Shown here piece after piece: positions 8,672-17,106 of a DNA stretch of 24,634 bases (its first letter is position 1; the number at the start of each line of letters is the position of its first letter). The DNA comes from Vampirovibrionales bacterium (lineage in GTDB: Bacteria > Cyanobacteriota > Vampirovibrionia > Vampirovibrionales > JAJTHC01): assembly GCA_021299615.1 (NCBI GenBank), contig JAJTHC010000027.1, forward strand, positions 1-24,634. Reading direction: 5' to 3'. The notes beneath the pieces were generated by a model. It worked only from the letters and a program-made list of their open reading frames with translations. It had not been told where the DNA came from and did not search any database. The position numbers were made by a program, and so were the translations under genes.

Positions 8672-8810
8672 CATAGCTGAATTTAGATTTTTCTATACAG
8701 TAGGCTAGACTAGGAGCCTAGATTATTTTGTGAGGGCGTGTAGACAGACCTACATAACAGAACAAAAAAATCGTAGCGACAACGAAGACGCCAGACGCTA
8801 TTTAAAACAC
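8672..8810 (+). mobile_element. Copy 4 of the 150-bp element (variant right half)
   Basis: Core conserved; right side reads aacgaagacgccagacgctatttaaaacac, as in copy 6. Confidence 0.85.
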
Positions 8811-8815
8811 GAATG

Positions 8816-8851
8816 ATACCAATTAAACGATTCAATAGCGTCTGGCACTTC
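8816..8851 (-). repeat. Solo inverted right arm of the element
   Basis: Reverse complement gaagtgccagacgctattgaatcgtttaattggtat matches the right end of copy 6 (gaagacgccagacgctatttaatcgtttaattggtat). Confidence 0.8.
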
Positions 8852-8885
8852 CCTCATCCTAGCCTTCTCCCTGTGGGAGAAGGGA
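8851..8885. repeat. REP-like hairpin ccctcatcctagccttctccc-tgt-gggagaaggga
   Basis: Perfect stem ccttctccc/gggagaagg (8863-8883) preceded by ccctcatcct. Resembles the widespread 'ccctcacccnnnccctctccc...gggagaggg' intergenic REP type. Confidence 0.65.
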
Positions 8886-8994
8886 TAAGAATCTTATTGT
8901 CTGTTTTAATAAAAATAGATAGCACAAAGAAGACGGCTTTTGGGTTTTATGCTAGTGACGACATTTATAGAGACATCGGCGTAGGACAATATCT

Positions 8995-9942
8995 GTGATT
9001 TCAACCAATTTGAGCATCCCAAATAGACAACCAATGCCTGTTCCATCGACAGGGCAAAATCAAGCAACGGCACAAAGTCCGCCGAGTGGTATGGGTTCGG
9101 ATGTTAATCAGCTTTTAAATGATACAAACTACCTTACAGCAGGTATGCAAGCCACTGCCCAACAAAACGAGCAGGCTCAAAAAGCCAAAGAACTTCAAGA
9201 GGCTCAAAAGCTCATGCAACAACAATATATTTCTGCTTTGCCTGCTAATCAAGCCAATGCTTCACAACCCAGTGTAACAAGTCCCGCAAATTCGCCCACC
9301 GTGATGCCTCGTAGTGCATCGATGCCTGCGTCTGAAAATGTGAGTACGGTTGACCAAGTTAAAGGCTTTGTAGCGAATGCGTGGAATGAAGCCAGTCAAC
9401 TCATTGCGAATACGGCTCGAAGTGCCACGCAATTTGTGACAGGGGCACCTGCTCAAGCAGCGACGTCTCCACCGCCTGCCATGCCTGCTACGAATCCCAC
9501 AGGGGGAGGAGCTTCAGGCAATGGAGGCTTTATTAATCCTTTACCTTCAGGTAAGTCTACATCAGGATTTGGCATGCGAAATCACCCCGTTCATGGTGGG
9601 CAAAAAATGCACAACGGACAAGATTTAGCAGCTCCTATGGGAACAGCTATTCAAGCCGCCGCCGACGGTGAAGTCACCATTAACGCCTTTGAAGCGAAAG
9701 GCTATGGGAATTGGATTGAAATTAAACATCCCAATGGAAAAAGTACTCGTTATGGTCACATGAAGGACAAGTCTCCTCTTGCCGTGGGTACCAAAGTAAC
9801 ACAAGGGCAAGTTATAGGATCCGTAGGTAGTACAGGCGCTTCAACAGGACCTCACTTGCACTTTGAAGTTCGTAATACAGCAGGCAAGGCTGAAAATCCT
9901 GTCGCCTATTTGCCCGATTTAAACAAATCTAAAAAAGCCTAA
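8995..9942 (+). CDS. M23 family metallopeptidase with a long low-complexity N-terminal region
   Basis: C-terminal domain with HxxxD (HNGQD), 'GYGNWIEIKH...TRYGH' and HxH (STGPHLHFEV). About 175 N-terminal residues are Q/P/S/T/A-rich. GTG start. Confidence 0.92.
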   Translation: MISTNLSIPNRQPMPVPSTGQNQATAQSPPSGMGSDVNQLLNDTNYLTAGMQATAQQNEQAQKAKELQEAQKLMQQQYISALPANQANASQPSVTSPANSPTVMPRSASMPASENVSTVDQVKGFVANAWNEASQLIANTARSATQFVTGAPAQAATSPPPAMPATNPTGGGASGNGGFINPLPSGKSTSGFGMRNHPVHGGQKMHNGQDLAAPMGTAIQAAADGEVTINAFEAKGYGNWIEIKHPNGKSTRYGHMKDKSPLAVGTKVTQGQVIGSVGSTGASTGPHLHFEVRNTAGKAENPVAYLPDLNKSKKA

Positions 9943-10340
9943 TGTCTGATGAACACCCGCTCAATGCCGATGCTTTCGGCGTTGGGGAGCAGATCCAGCT
10001 TTTCGATCCGCACCCACAAGCCCAAGCCCAAAGGATGCGACAACACCACCCCTGCCAGCTCTTCGGCGATTTCTTCCAATAACGGCACGTGTTTGGCTTT
10101 CGACAAAATCTCCAGCGTTTCCACAATCAAGCGATAGTCAAAGCTTAATTGCAAGTTTTCGCCCACACGCCCCATTTCTTTAGACGCCACCCGAACATTA
10201 AAGCGTAAGCGTTGCGTCATGCCGATTTCCTTCGGCAAAATCCCGACCTGAAAGGGTAGAATAAAATTGTCCACCCGAGACAGCATCACGCCGTGATGCA
10301 CTTGAAACAATAATTCTTCTGCGGTATGGGGCAATTTCAT
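9939..10340 (-). CDS. folB: Dihydroneopterin aldolase
   Basis: 'VGILPKE...QRLRFNV', 'SFDYRLIV', 'LLEEIAEELA', 'VRIEKL...AESIGIE'. Overlaps the M23 stop by 4 nt (convergent). Confidence 0.8.
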   Translation of the reverse strand: MKLPHTAEELLFQVHHGVMLSRVDNFILPFQVGILPKEIGMTQRLRFNVRVASKEMGRVGENLQLSFDYRLIVETLEILSKAKHVPLLEEIAEELAGVVLSHPLGLGLWVRIEKLDLLPNAESIGIERVFIRH

Positions 10341-10364
10341 CGCAAGGGGGGTCTCTCTATTTAT

Positions 10365-11648
10365 TCAATCAACATCTAAAGAATGGGTGAGTAACGGCAA
10401 CAAGTCAGGCGGGGTATTGTGCGTGGCTTCTAAATGCTGTAACTGCGTTTGTTGAAACACCTGTAACCACACCGCAAACCATAACCAATTGCGTGCATAG
10501 TAATCGTCGCTTTTAAGGGCGTCTTGCCAATTATAATGCGAAGCATAGGTTTCGTACAAGGGGGAATGATTCAAAATCAGCAAGGGCCAAAAGCCTGCTT
10601 CTCGAGCTTTTGAGCCGAAGTCTTGTACTTTGACGCCGTCTAGGCTCGTGACTTCGGGGAAACCTTGATCTAAACTTTGATTTAATCCCTTCAACAAGGC
10701 TTCGCCCGTGGGATTCTTCCACTTGTACGCCCGACTAATCGCCACATCTTGATACAAACGCCACGGCAATCGACACGCTTCATAGCCGTATTGACTGGTC
10801 ATGCCTTTAAAATCTTTGTCGTCTTGCTTGGCGTAGACCTCGCCTTTTGTACGAGCCAGCCACACCCAATCAGGGGGTAAGCCTCGTTTACTTAACTTAA
10901 AGGAGGCATCCCAGATTTGATAACTACTGCTCACAAGCTTTTCCCACGGATGCGTTTTGTCCACTTGGGCAAAGACTCGGTACAAGGCAGGCGACAAATA
11001 CGACGGATTCACCAAAACCACATCAGGGATCTTGGCTTCAAAGCGATGCCAATTCCCTGGTAAAAGAACAGGTCCTAAGGCGGATTCGGTGACTTCGTGT
11101 TTCCAAATATCATTTAAAATACGCAAGGCTTCTTTTTTATAGTTCGGATCGTTCCACCGCTCGTGAGCCATAAGCAAGGCAAAGGCGATGTCTTGGTCGG
11201 CATCCGCAGCGACGCTGGCATCTAGCACGCACCATATCTTGGTTTTGGGATCTTCACCCCACTTCCACGAAAAGAGCTTATGCTCTTTTTGAACTTGCAG
11301 GTTGTCCCGAGTCCAATGCCAGAGGGTGTCGAAGGAGGCTTTGTCGTTGAGCCAAACGGCTTGTTGGAGGGCATAGCTTTGCCCTTCGCTGGTGGTGGCG
11401 TTATTGTTATAAAAATCTTTGACTCTGCCGTCCGCTTGAATAAAGCGAGCTTTGTAGCTCTTCCAGCTTTGATTCAGCCACGCAGGTGGATTGCCCAAAA
11501 ACGCTTGCGGTGATTTTGTTAAGACACTAAGATGACGAGGGAAAGAATCATGCACAAAAATATAATGCCAACTAAAGAATCCCCATAACAGGAGTATCAG
11601 TAGGAAAGCGACGGCTAGTTTAAATCCATTTTGAAGGGAAACACCCAT
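10365..11648 (-). CDS. Glycoside hydrolase family 8 (BcsZ-like endoglucanase) with N-terminal TM/signal
   Basis: 'TTSEGQSYAL', 'AADADQDIAFALLMA', 'VNPSYLSP', 'GLPPDWV', 'YGYEACRLPW'. Confidence 0.88.
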   Translation of the reverse strand: MGVSLQNGFKLAVAFLLILLLWGFFSWHYIFVHDSFPRHLSVLTKSPQAFLGNPPAWLNQSWKSYKARFIQADGRVKDFYNNNATTSEGQSYALQQAVWLNDKASFDTLWHWTRDNLQVQKEHKLFSWKWGEDPKTKIWCVLDASVAADADQDIAFALLMAHERWNDPNYKKEALRILNDIWKHEVTESALGPVLLPGNWHRFEAKIPDVVLVNPSYLSPALYRVFAQVDKTHPWEKLVSSSYQIWDASFKLSKRGLPPDWVWLARTKGEVYAKQDDKDFKGMTSQYGYEACRLPWRLYQDVAISRAYKWKNPTGEALLKGLNQSLDQGFPEVTSLDGVKVQDFGSKAREAGFWPLLILNHSPLYETYASHYNWQDALKSDDYYARNWLWFAVWLQVFQQTQLQHLEATHNTPPDLLPLLTHSLDVD

Positions 11649-11683
11649 AGAAGCACCTGTATTTTCACGATCATCTTATAGAA

Positions 11684-11833
11684 TATAGTGTTTTAAAGAG
11701 TTTTCCGTACAGTAGGCTAGACGAGGAGCCTAGATTATTTTGTGAAGAAGTGTAGATAGACCTACATGACTGAACAAAATGATCGTAGCGACAAAGTATA
11801 GACACTGTAGGGGAAATTATTTAAAATACTATA
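11684..11833 (+). mobile_element. Copy 5 of the 150-bp element
   Basis: TIR tatagtgttttaaa / tttaaaatactata (one G-T pair); full core. Confidence 0.9.
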
Positions 11834-11876
11834 GCAGGTTTTGTGGACTTGTCTTCACATTTGGCGTGAGATTACA

Positions 11877-12593
11877 CTATTTTATGGACGTACAGTCAAA
11901 GCTTAGGATGTTTTCAAATTGAATAGGATGCAAACGCTCATCTTCTTTTAAAACCTCAATTAAAGCGAGTTCCACTTCTTGACGAATCAATGCGGGACGA
12001 ATGTCACATAAGTTCGTAGGCACGGCATGGGGCAACGCACAAGGATGCACCCCCGTTGGCAGTCCCTGCCACATCGATTCATCCACCGAAACATTGATAG
12101 CAAGCCCGTGGTAGCTTACCCAACGCTTAATGGCAATCCCAACCGAAGCCACTTTCTTAGATTCATCTAACCACAAGCCAGAACCTTGACCGTCTAAAAG
12201 GCTGTCAATCCCGAGATGAGCTAAGGCGTTCTGCCCCCAATTAAGAACACGTTTTAAATGAGCGTGAACGTCGGGCGTTTTGAGCGTGATCAGCGGATAT
12301 AAAATCACTTGTTCGGGATGATGAAACGTTAAATGTCCTCCCCGTTCGATTTCAAAAACAGGAAAGGGATAGTGATGTTCTTTTTCAATTTGAGAAGAAG
12401 CACGTCCTAAGGTGTAACACGCTGGATGCGACGTCAGCAATAACACATCAGGAAACGCTGCGTTGGCTATTTTATCTTGTAGAATCTTTTTTTGAAGTTC
12501 GTGGACGATTTCAAAATCTAAACAAGGTAAGATCCACACAACGGTTTTTAGATCAGGATGCTTAACAAATTTGTTACATAAATTCCTATACAT
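11877..12593 (-). CDS. lipB: Lipoyl(octanoyl) transferase
   Basis: 'LLLTSHPACYTLGR', 'ERGGHLTFHHPEQVILYP', 'KKVASVGI...WVSYHGLAINV', 'PCAL'. Confidence 0.9.
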   Translation of the reverse strand: MYRNLCNKFVKHPDLKTVVWILPCLDFEIVHELQKKILQDKIANAAFPDVLLLTSHPACYTLGRASSQIEKEHHYPFPVFEIERGGHLTFHHPEQVILYPLITLKTPDVHAHLKRVLNWGQNALAHLGIDSLLDGQGSGLWLDESKKVASVGIAIKRWVSYHGLAINVSVDESMWQGLPTGVHPCALPHAVPTNLCDIRPALIRQEVELALIEVLKEDERLHPIQFENILSFDCTSIK

Positions 12594-12685
12594 AGGGGAG
12601 GCTTCTTTGCTTTTTTTAAAACATCCCCATTTGGCAAGGATTTGCCCTGTATATTAGCCTAAAGGTGAATGTTTTGGAAAGGTAC

Positions 12686-12725
12686 TTTACAAACGAAGAG
12701 AAAAGTTGTAGTATGTTAACATTAC
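12686..12725 (+). promoter_or_regulatory. Putative sigma70 promoter with an overlapping palindrome
   Basis: TTTACA (12686-12691)-N17-TAGTAT (12709-12714); palindrome gtATGTTAACATtac at 12711-12725. Confidence 0.45.
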
Positions 12726-12905
12726 ATTAAGAAAACAACATTTCACACGTGTTGAGCTTAAATGTGACATTGCTTTTCTAAAAGCATTTTAATTTTTGGG
12801 AATTTTTCCAGCTCTGCATTCAATTGTTTGAAATCGTCTAAAATAGACGTTCTTTAGACGTTATTGTTATTATATCATCGTTTTGCTTTTAAGGGAAATC
12901 ACACA

Positions 12906-13316
12906 ATGGCCTCTGCAACCCTCGCACTTGAAGAACCTCGTGTCCAGTTACAGTCCACTGAAGAATTAAAGTCTCACCCTGCTCTTGTAGCTGTTTCTGC
13001 TTCGGTAACCGCTCAATCCATTCGAGCGTTAAAGGTGCAATATCCGCATTTGAATCTTGAAAATCTAATCAAGTGGCATGACCATATTATTGATGCCAAC
13101 TTAATCGCTGAAAGCGATGAAGATAGCGTTGGTCCTTACCGCCAGTGGTCACCCTCGGCGGTTTCTTGCTTTGTTCGCAATGCCGATTGTTCAGGGTGTT
13201 ATTATCAAAACTTCTTTTCAGAATCGACGCAAGGTTGTCAAATGAACGATGCCGTCAAGCATTTGTTGGCCAAACTTGGACCGCCTAACAAACGTCATAT
13301 AAATAAATTATCATAA
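12906..13316 (+). CDS. Hypothetical protein with a C-x6-C-x2-C-x12-C motif (putative metal binding)
   Basis: Start moved to ATG 12906 (AAGGGA upstream); motif 'CFVRNADCSGCYYQNFFSESTQGC'. Confidence 0.78.
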   Translation: MASATLALEEPRVQLQSTEELKSHPALVAVSASVTAQSIRALKVQYPHLNLENLIKWHDHIIDANLIAESDEDSVGPYRQWSPSAVSCFVRNADCSGCYYQNFFSESTQGCQMNDAVKHLLAKLGPPNKRHINKLS

Positions 13317-13408
13317 ACGTATACAGATCAATCATTCGGCTTGAGACACAGTAATTCAAGCGTGATGATTTTAAATATCTGTATGCAAACGTTGACCTTT
13401 TTACCCCA

Positions 13409-13444
13409 CCCTGGATGCTATGGCATCTAGGGATTTTCTTTTTT
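13409..13444 (+). terminator. Intrinsic terminator
   Basis: Stem ccctggatgc/gcatctaggg, loop tatg, followed by attttctttttt. Confidence 0.75.
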
Positions 13445-13461
13445 AGAAATTCTGCAAAAGC

Positions 13462-13610
13462 TATAGTGTTTTAAAGAGTTTTCCGTACAATAGGCTAGAC
13501 GAGGAGCCTAGATTATTTTGTGAGGGCGTGTAGACAGACCTACATAATAGAACAAAATAATCGTAGCGACAACGAAGACGCCAGACGCTATTTAATCGTT
13601 TAATTGGTAT
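13462..13610 (+). mobile_element. Copy 6 of the 150-bp element (mismatched arms)
   Basis: Left arm tatagtgttttaaa; right end ...gccagacgctatttaatcgtttaattggtat abuts the stop codon of the 13610-13975 gene. Confidence 0.87.
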
Positions 13611-13975
13611 TAAGACACACGATCACAATGCGTTTCTAAGAAATGCTGGATACGTCCCCAATCTTGCAAGCGTAAGTGAGACGACTGATAGTCCCCCAAA
13701 TGCCAGACGCCCATTTCATCCCGATGATTTAAATACACGTCGCTTGCCAAAGGGGGCAATTCATCTTTGCTTTTTAGACTTCGTAGATTATAATCAAACC
13801 ACGTTTGACCTTCTTCATAAACGTCCCACTCATCTTCCAAATAAATCTCAAAGCCCGAAACGTTCGTATTGAACCAGTTTCGGGCTTGATTAAGACGTGT
13901 ATAAAGATCTTCAGACCCCTTCAGCATTAAGGCTTGTAGTGTTACCACAATCTGTTCCGATGAAGGCGTTTTCAT
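13610..13975 (-). CDS. Hypothetical protein immediately downstream of recA
   Basis: 121-aa ORF starting 6 nt after the recA stop; Trp/acidic-rich; does not look like RecX. Confidence 0.75.
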   Translation of the reverse strand: MKTPSSEQIVVTLQALMLKGSEDLYTRLNQARNWFNTNVSGFEIYLEDEWDVYEEGQTWFDYNLRSLKSKDELPPLASDVYLNHRDEMGVWHLGDYQSSHLRLQDWGRIQHFLETHCDRVS

Positions 13976-13981
13976 GACATT

Positions 13982-15112
13982 CTAACCTAAAGGCAACAAG
14001 TCAGATTCCGCAATTTCTACATCACCGACGCTGGCTCCGCCAATGACATCAACGGCATCTAGGGCGTTACGATCCGCTTGAATGCGATCACGCACCTTTT
14101 GATCAATTTCAGCCATCATAGCAGGGTTTTCGATGATGAAGTCACGTGCTTTTTCACGACCTTGCCCTAAACGGGTTTCGCCGTAACTGAACCATGTGCC
14201 TGATTTTTTGACAATGCCCATTTCAGTGGCAACATCAATCACAGAACCTTCCACACTGATGCCTTTGCCGTACAAAATATCAAATTCAGCAATACGAAAC
14301 GGAGGAGCCACCTTATTTTTGACGATTTTACATTTTACACGGTTGCCATATTCAACGCCATCTTTTTTCAAGATTTCAATACGGCGAATATCCATACGCA
14401 AGGAACAGTAAAACTTCAAGGCATTACCACCTGTTGTGGTTTCGGGATTGCCCATGTAAACGCCGATTTTTTGACGTAACTGGTTAATGAATATAACCGT
14501 GGTGCGTGTTTTTCCGACAACGGCGGTCAATTTACGCAAGGCTTGAGACATCAAACGAGCTTGTAAACCCATGTGAGCATCACCCATATCGCCTTCAATT
14601 TCCGCTTTCGGCACCAACGCTGCTACTGAATCGACAACGACCACATCGATCGCACCAGAACGCACCAACTGCTCGGTGATTTCGAGGGCTTGCTCGCCTG
14701 TATCGGGTTGTGAAATAAGCAATTCATCGATATTAACGCCTAATTTTCGGGCGTAAATAGGATCTAGGGCATGTTCCGCATCCACAAAGGCGGCGATGCC
14801 TCCTTTTTTTTGGGCTTGAGCAATCAAGTTCAAGGTCAACGTGGTTTTTCCGCTAGATTCAGGCCCGTAGATTTCCACGATGCGTCCACGAGGGATACCG
14901 CCCACCCCAAGTGCCAAGTCTAGTGACAAGGCCCCTGTAGGGATGACGTCAATGTTTACATTCGGGCGTTCACCCAATCGCATAATAGAACCTTTACCAA
15001 AATCTTTTTCGATTTTGTCTAAGGTAAACGCCAAGGCTTGTTTGCGTGCTTCATAATCAGAACCGCTTAAATCAACGGCGGCTTCAACAGGGGTGCTATT
15101 TTTTGCCATCAT
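13982..15112 (-). CDS. recA: Recombinase RecA
   Basis: 'GPESSGKTT', '[11 protein letters not shown]', 'VVVDSVAAL', 'IFINQLR', 'GGNALKFY'. Confidence 0.99.
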   Translation of the reverse strand: MMAKNSTPVEAAVDLSGSDYEARKQALAFTLDKIEKDFGKGSIMRLGERPNVNIDVIPTGALSLDLALGVGGIPRGRIVEIYGPESSGKTTLTLNLIAQAQKKGGIAAFVDAEHALDPIYARKLGVNIDELLISQPDTGEQALEITEQLVRSGAIDVVVVDSVAALVPKAEIEGDMGDAHMGLQARLMSQALRKLTAVVGKTRTTVIFINQLRQKIGVYMGNPETTTGGNALKFYCSLRMDIRRIEILKKDGVEYGNRVKCKIVKNKVAPPFRIAEFDILYGKGISVEGSVIDVATEMGIVKKSGTWFSYGETRLGQGREKARDFIIENPAMMAEIDQKVRDRIQADRNALDAVDVIGGASVGDVEIAESDLLPLG

Positions 15113-15229
15113 GGGAGGGGTTGTCCTTTTTATTGTGTGGATTGCAGGGAAGGAATGGTCTTATTATACCTTAAAAAAAGGGCGTCAAGACGTTTTGCAT
15201 AAATTGTTACAGATTTCTTGAAGGAAGCC

Positions 15230-16063
15230 CTAATAAAATAGTGTTGTGATGAGATAGTCCAAAAACGCCATGGTGATAAAGCTCCACACGACGGCTTTGG
15301 TCACCGATTTGGCGGATTCATTACTGGCACGGCTTGAGGTGAAACCTACACTACAACACAATAAACCAATCATGCCTGCAAAAATAAGTGATTTAATAAA
15401 CATCACGCCGATGTCTCGCATTTCAATAAAGGTACACACGGAATCCAAGTACGCCGTAAAAGGAATACCTGCAATCATGTGAGCCGTGTACATTCCCCCT
15501 AGAATGCCTAGCGTCGTGCCAATTAACGTTAAAAAGGGCAAGGCAATCATGGTCGCTACCACACGAGGAATCATCAAGTAACGCACGACATCGACATGTA
15601 AGACTTTCAAGGCATCGAGCTGGTTATTACTTTTCATCACGGTGATTTCAGCGGCAAAGGCGGAGCCTGCCATGGCAATCACAGCAAAGCCTGTCATAAC
15701 AGGCCCGAGTTCACGCACCATCGCCACCGCCACGAGTCCCCCCACAAAGGCGGATCCGCCTTGTTCCGCCATATCAGGAGCCACCTGCATGGAAAGCACA
15801 GAACCGAGTGTGCCTGTGAGCAATAACGCCATGGGCATGGTGTCAAGCCCCACAAAGGCGAGGCGGTCGAAAATGTGACGCATGCCCCAATGTCCTTTGC
15901 CCATGAAGCGAAGCATCCGCCTGCCGTCGATGGTGGCAAAGCCGACCGTTTCAAGTATGCTTCGTAGGGGTTCTAAGCACCAGCCTAAGAAGCGTCGTGT
16001 TTGGGGAAACAAGACGACATTTTCTTCAGGACTTTCAAGTGTTTCAGCTTTCGAATGTATCAT
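15230..16063 (-). CDS. mlaE: MlaE/Ttg2B family ABC transporter permease
   Basis: 'VRELGPVMTGFAVIAMAGSAFAAEI..MK...QLDALKVL...PR' signature. Confidence 0.88.
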   Translation of the reverse strand: MIHSKAETLESPEENVVLFPQTRRFLGWCLEPLRSILETVGFATIDGRRMLRFMGKGHWGMRHIFDRLAFVGLDTMPMALLLTGTLGSVLSMQVAPDMAEQGGSAFVGGLVAVAMVRELGPVMTGFAVIAMAGSAFAAEITVMKSNNQLDALKVLHVDVVRYLMIPRVVATMIALPFLTLIGTTLGILGGMYTAHMIAGIPFTAYLDSVCTFIEMRDIGVMFIKSLIFAGMIGLLCCSVGFTSSRASNESAKSVTKAVVWSFITMAFLDYLITTLFY

Positions 16064-16131
16064 GTGTATAGACTTTATTCATATTTTTAAATATCTGTAT
16101 CTATTATACATGAAAACTAGCTTATCTTCCT

Positions 16132-16551
16132 TTAGCTAAGCTCTTCACCGAGATATTCTGTATATCTTTCAGGATTCTTAAACGGATCGCTGTCTTTGGG
16201 TGGAGGCATTTGTTGACCTTCCTTATACTTCCAAAAACGAACTTTTTGTTTTTCAGCTTTTGCGACGGATTTAGGGTTTTTAGGATCGACTGCATTGGAA
16301 TCATCCAAAGGAAATCGATAAGGATTATCACCTTCTTCCGCAAAGATAAAATGTTTGTCTGATCTATCTAAACCCATAGTAGGTAAAGGTTTTTTAGGTT
16401 TTTTCTTATCTGTAAAGTCATAGTCTATTTCTAAGCCAACGTTGCGTGTCTGAACACCGACATTCGCATTGATTTTAGACGGTTTTGAACCACCCCATGT
16501 GGCATTTATGCCAAATAGAAGGCGTGTCTCGTTTGTGTCGTTAAAACCCAT
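16132..16551 (-). CDS. Hypothetical protein, paralog of the upstream gene
   Basis: 139 aa; AAAGGA RBS; shares a VGxEIDY...GxDRS...EG...F..D block with 16567-17106. Confidence 0.75.
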   Translation of the reverse strand: MGFNDTNETRLLFGINATWGGSKPSKINANVGVQTRNVGLEIDYDFTDKKKPKKPLPTMGLDRSDKHFIFAEEGDNPYRFPLDDSNAVDPKNPKSVAKAEKQKVRFWKYKEGQQMPPPKDSDPFKNPERYTEYLGEELS

Positions 16552-16566
16552 GAGTGATCTTTCCTT

Positions 16567-17106
16567 TTAAGATTTTGAACTTAGTCGAGCCGTTTCGACA
16601 TAAGTACTACCATCGGGACGCTTGATTTCAGCCGTCGCTATTCTCTCACCAGAACCCACAACCACTTTGGTCACAGAATCACCTTTGTCTAAGGGCGTGT
16701 CAAAAGCAAATTTCAAGGTGCCTCCGCCTTCGGTGGATCGTAAAACATTTTGCCCACTTCGATCAGCTCCTTCTACTTTAGGAGCATCAGGCACGTCTTT
16801 TCGAGTATAGTCAATTTCAAAACCAACAGCGACATCATTTTTACTGTCCTGGCTATCCCCTGTTCTTGATGCACTGGTATTAGACGAACTCGTATAATTT
16901 AGTCTCACTCCTGCATATTCTAACCCCCTATTACTAAAGCTAATTTTTACATTGGCAGATAAGTTACTAGAAGATCTTCTAGTTCGACTAGTTGGGTCTA
17001 GGTTGATAACATTTCCTGTATTGATGGGGGCATTATTATCTCCACCTACAAATACATCTCCAGAAGAATTTACGTCCCCAGAAGAAGTATCAATGGGGTC
17101 ACCCAA
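16567..17106 (-). CDS. Hypothetical protein; frame stays open to 17307, probable true start GTG 17294 via a frameshift
   Basis: ORF track starts at a TTG without an RBS. The frame has no stop up to 17307 and contains no ATG/GTG there. Confidence 0.7.
   Translation of the reverse strand: MGDPIDTSSGDVNSSGDVFVGGDNNAPINTGNVINLDPTSRTRRSSSNLSANVKISFSNRGLEYAGVRLNYTSSSNTSASRTGDSQDSKNDVAVGFEIDYTRKDVPDAPKVEGADRSGQNVLRSTEGGGTLKFAFDTPLDKGDSVTKVVVGSGERIATAEIKRPDGSTYVETARLSSKS

Noticed and set aside
8813-8998. 61-aa plus-strand ORF
   Set aside because: Made of the solo repeat arm, a REP hairpin and the M23 promoter region; no RBS or protein-like features.
12843-12856. atagacgttcttta resembling the copy-1 TIR
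   Set aside because: Only 14 bp with an indel and no adjoining core; cannot be supported as a remnant.
13369-13384. Exact 16-bp match ttttaaatatctgtat with 16085-16100
   Set aside because: Very AT-rich, only two copies and in different contexts; compatible with chance.
15163-15188. TTGACG...TATAAT upstream of recA; also looked for an SOS box
   Set aside because: The spacer is only 14 nt, too short for a canonical sigma70 pairing; no LexA box of a type I know was recognisable.
15196-15211. NtcA-like TGTA-N8-TGCA site upstream of recA
   Set aside because: A mismatch at a key position, no nitrogen-related context, and no evidence of the regulator.
16122-16343. 73-aa minus-strand ORF
   Set aside because: Alternative frame inside the better-supported 16132-16551 gene.
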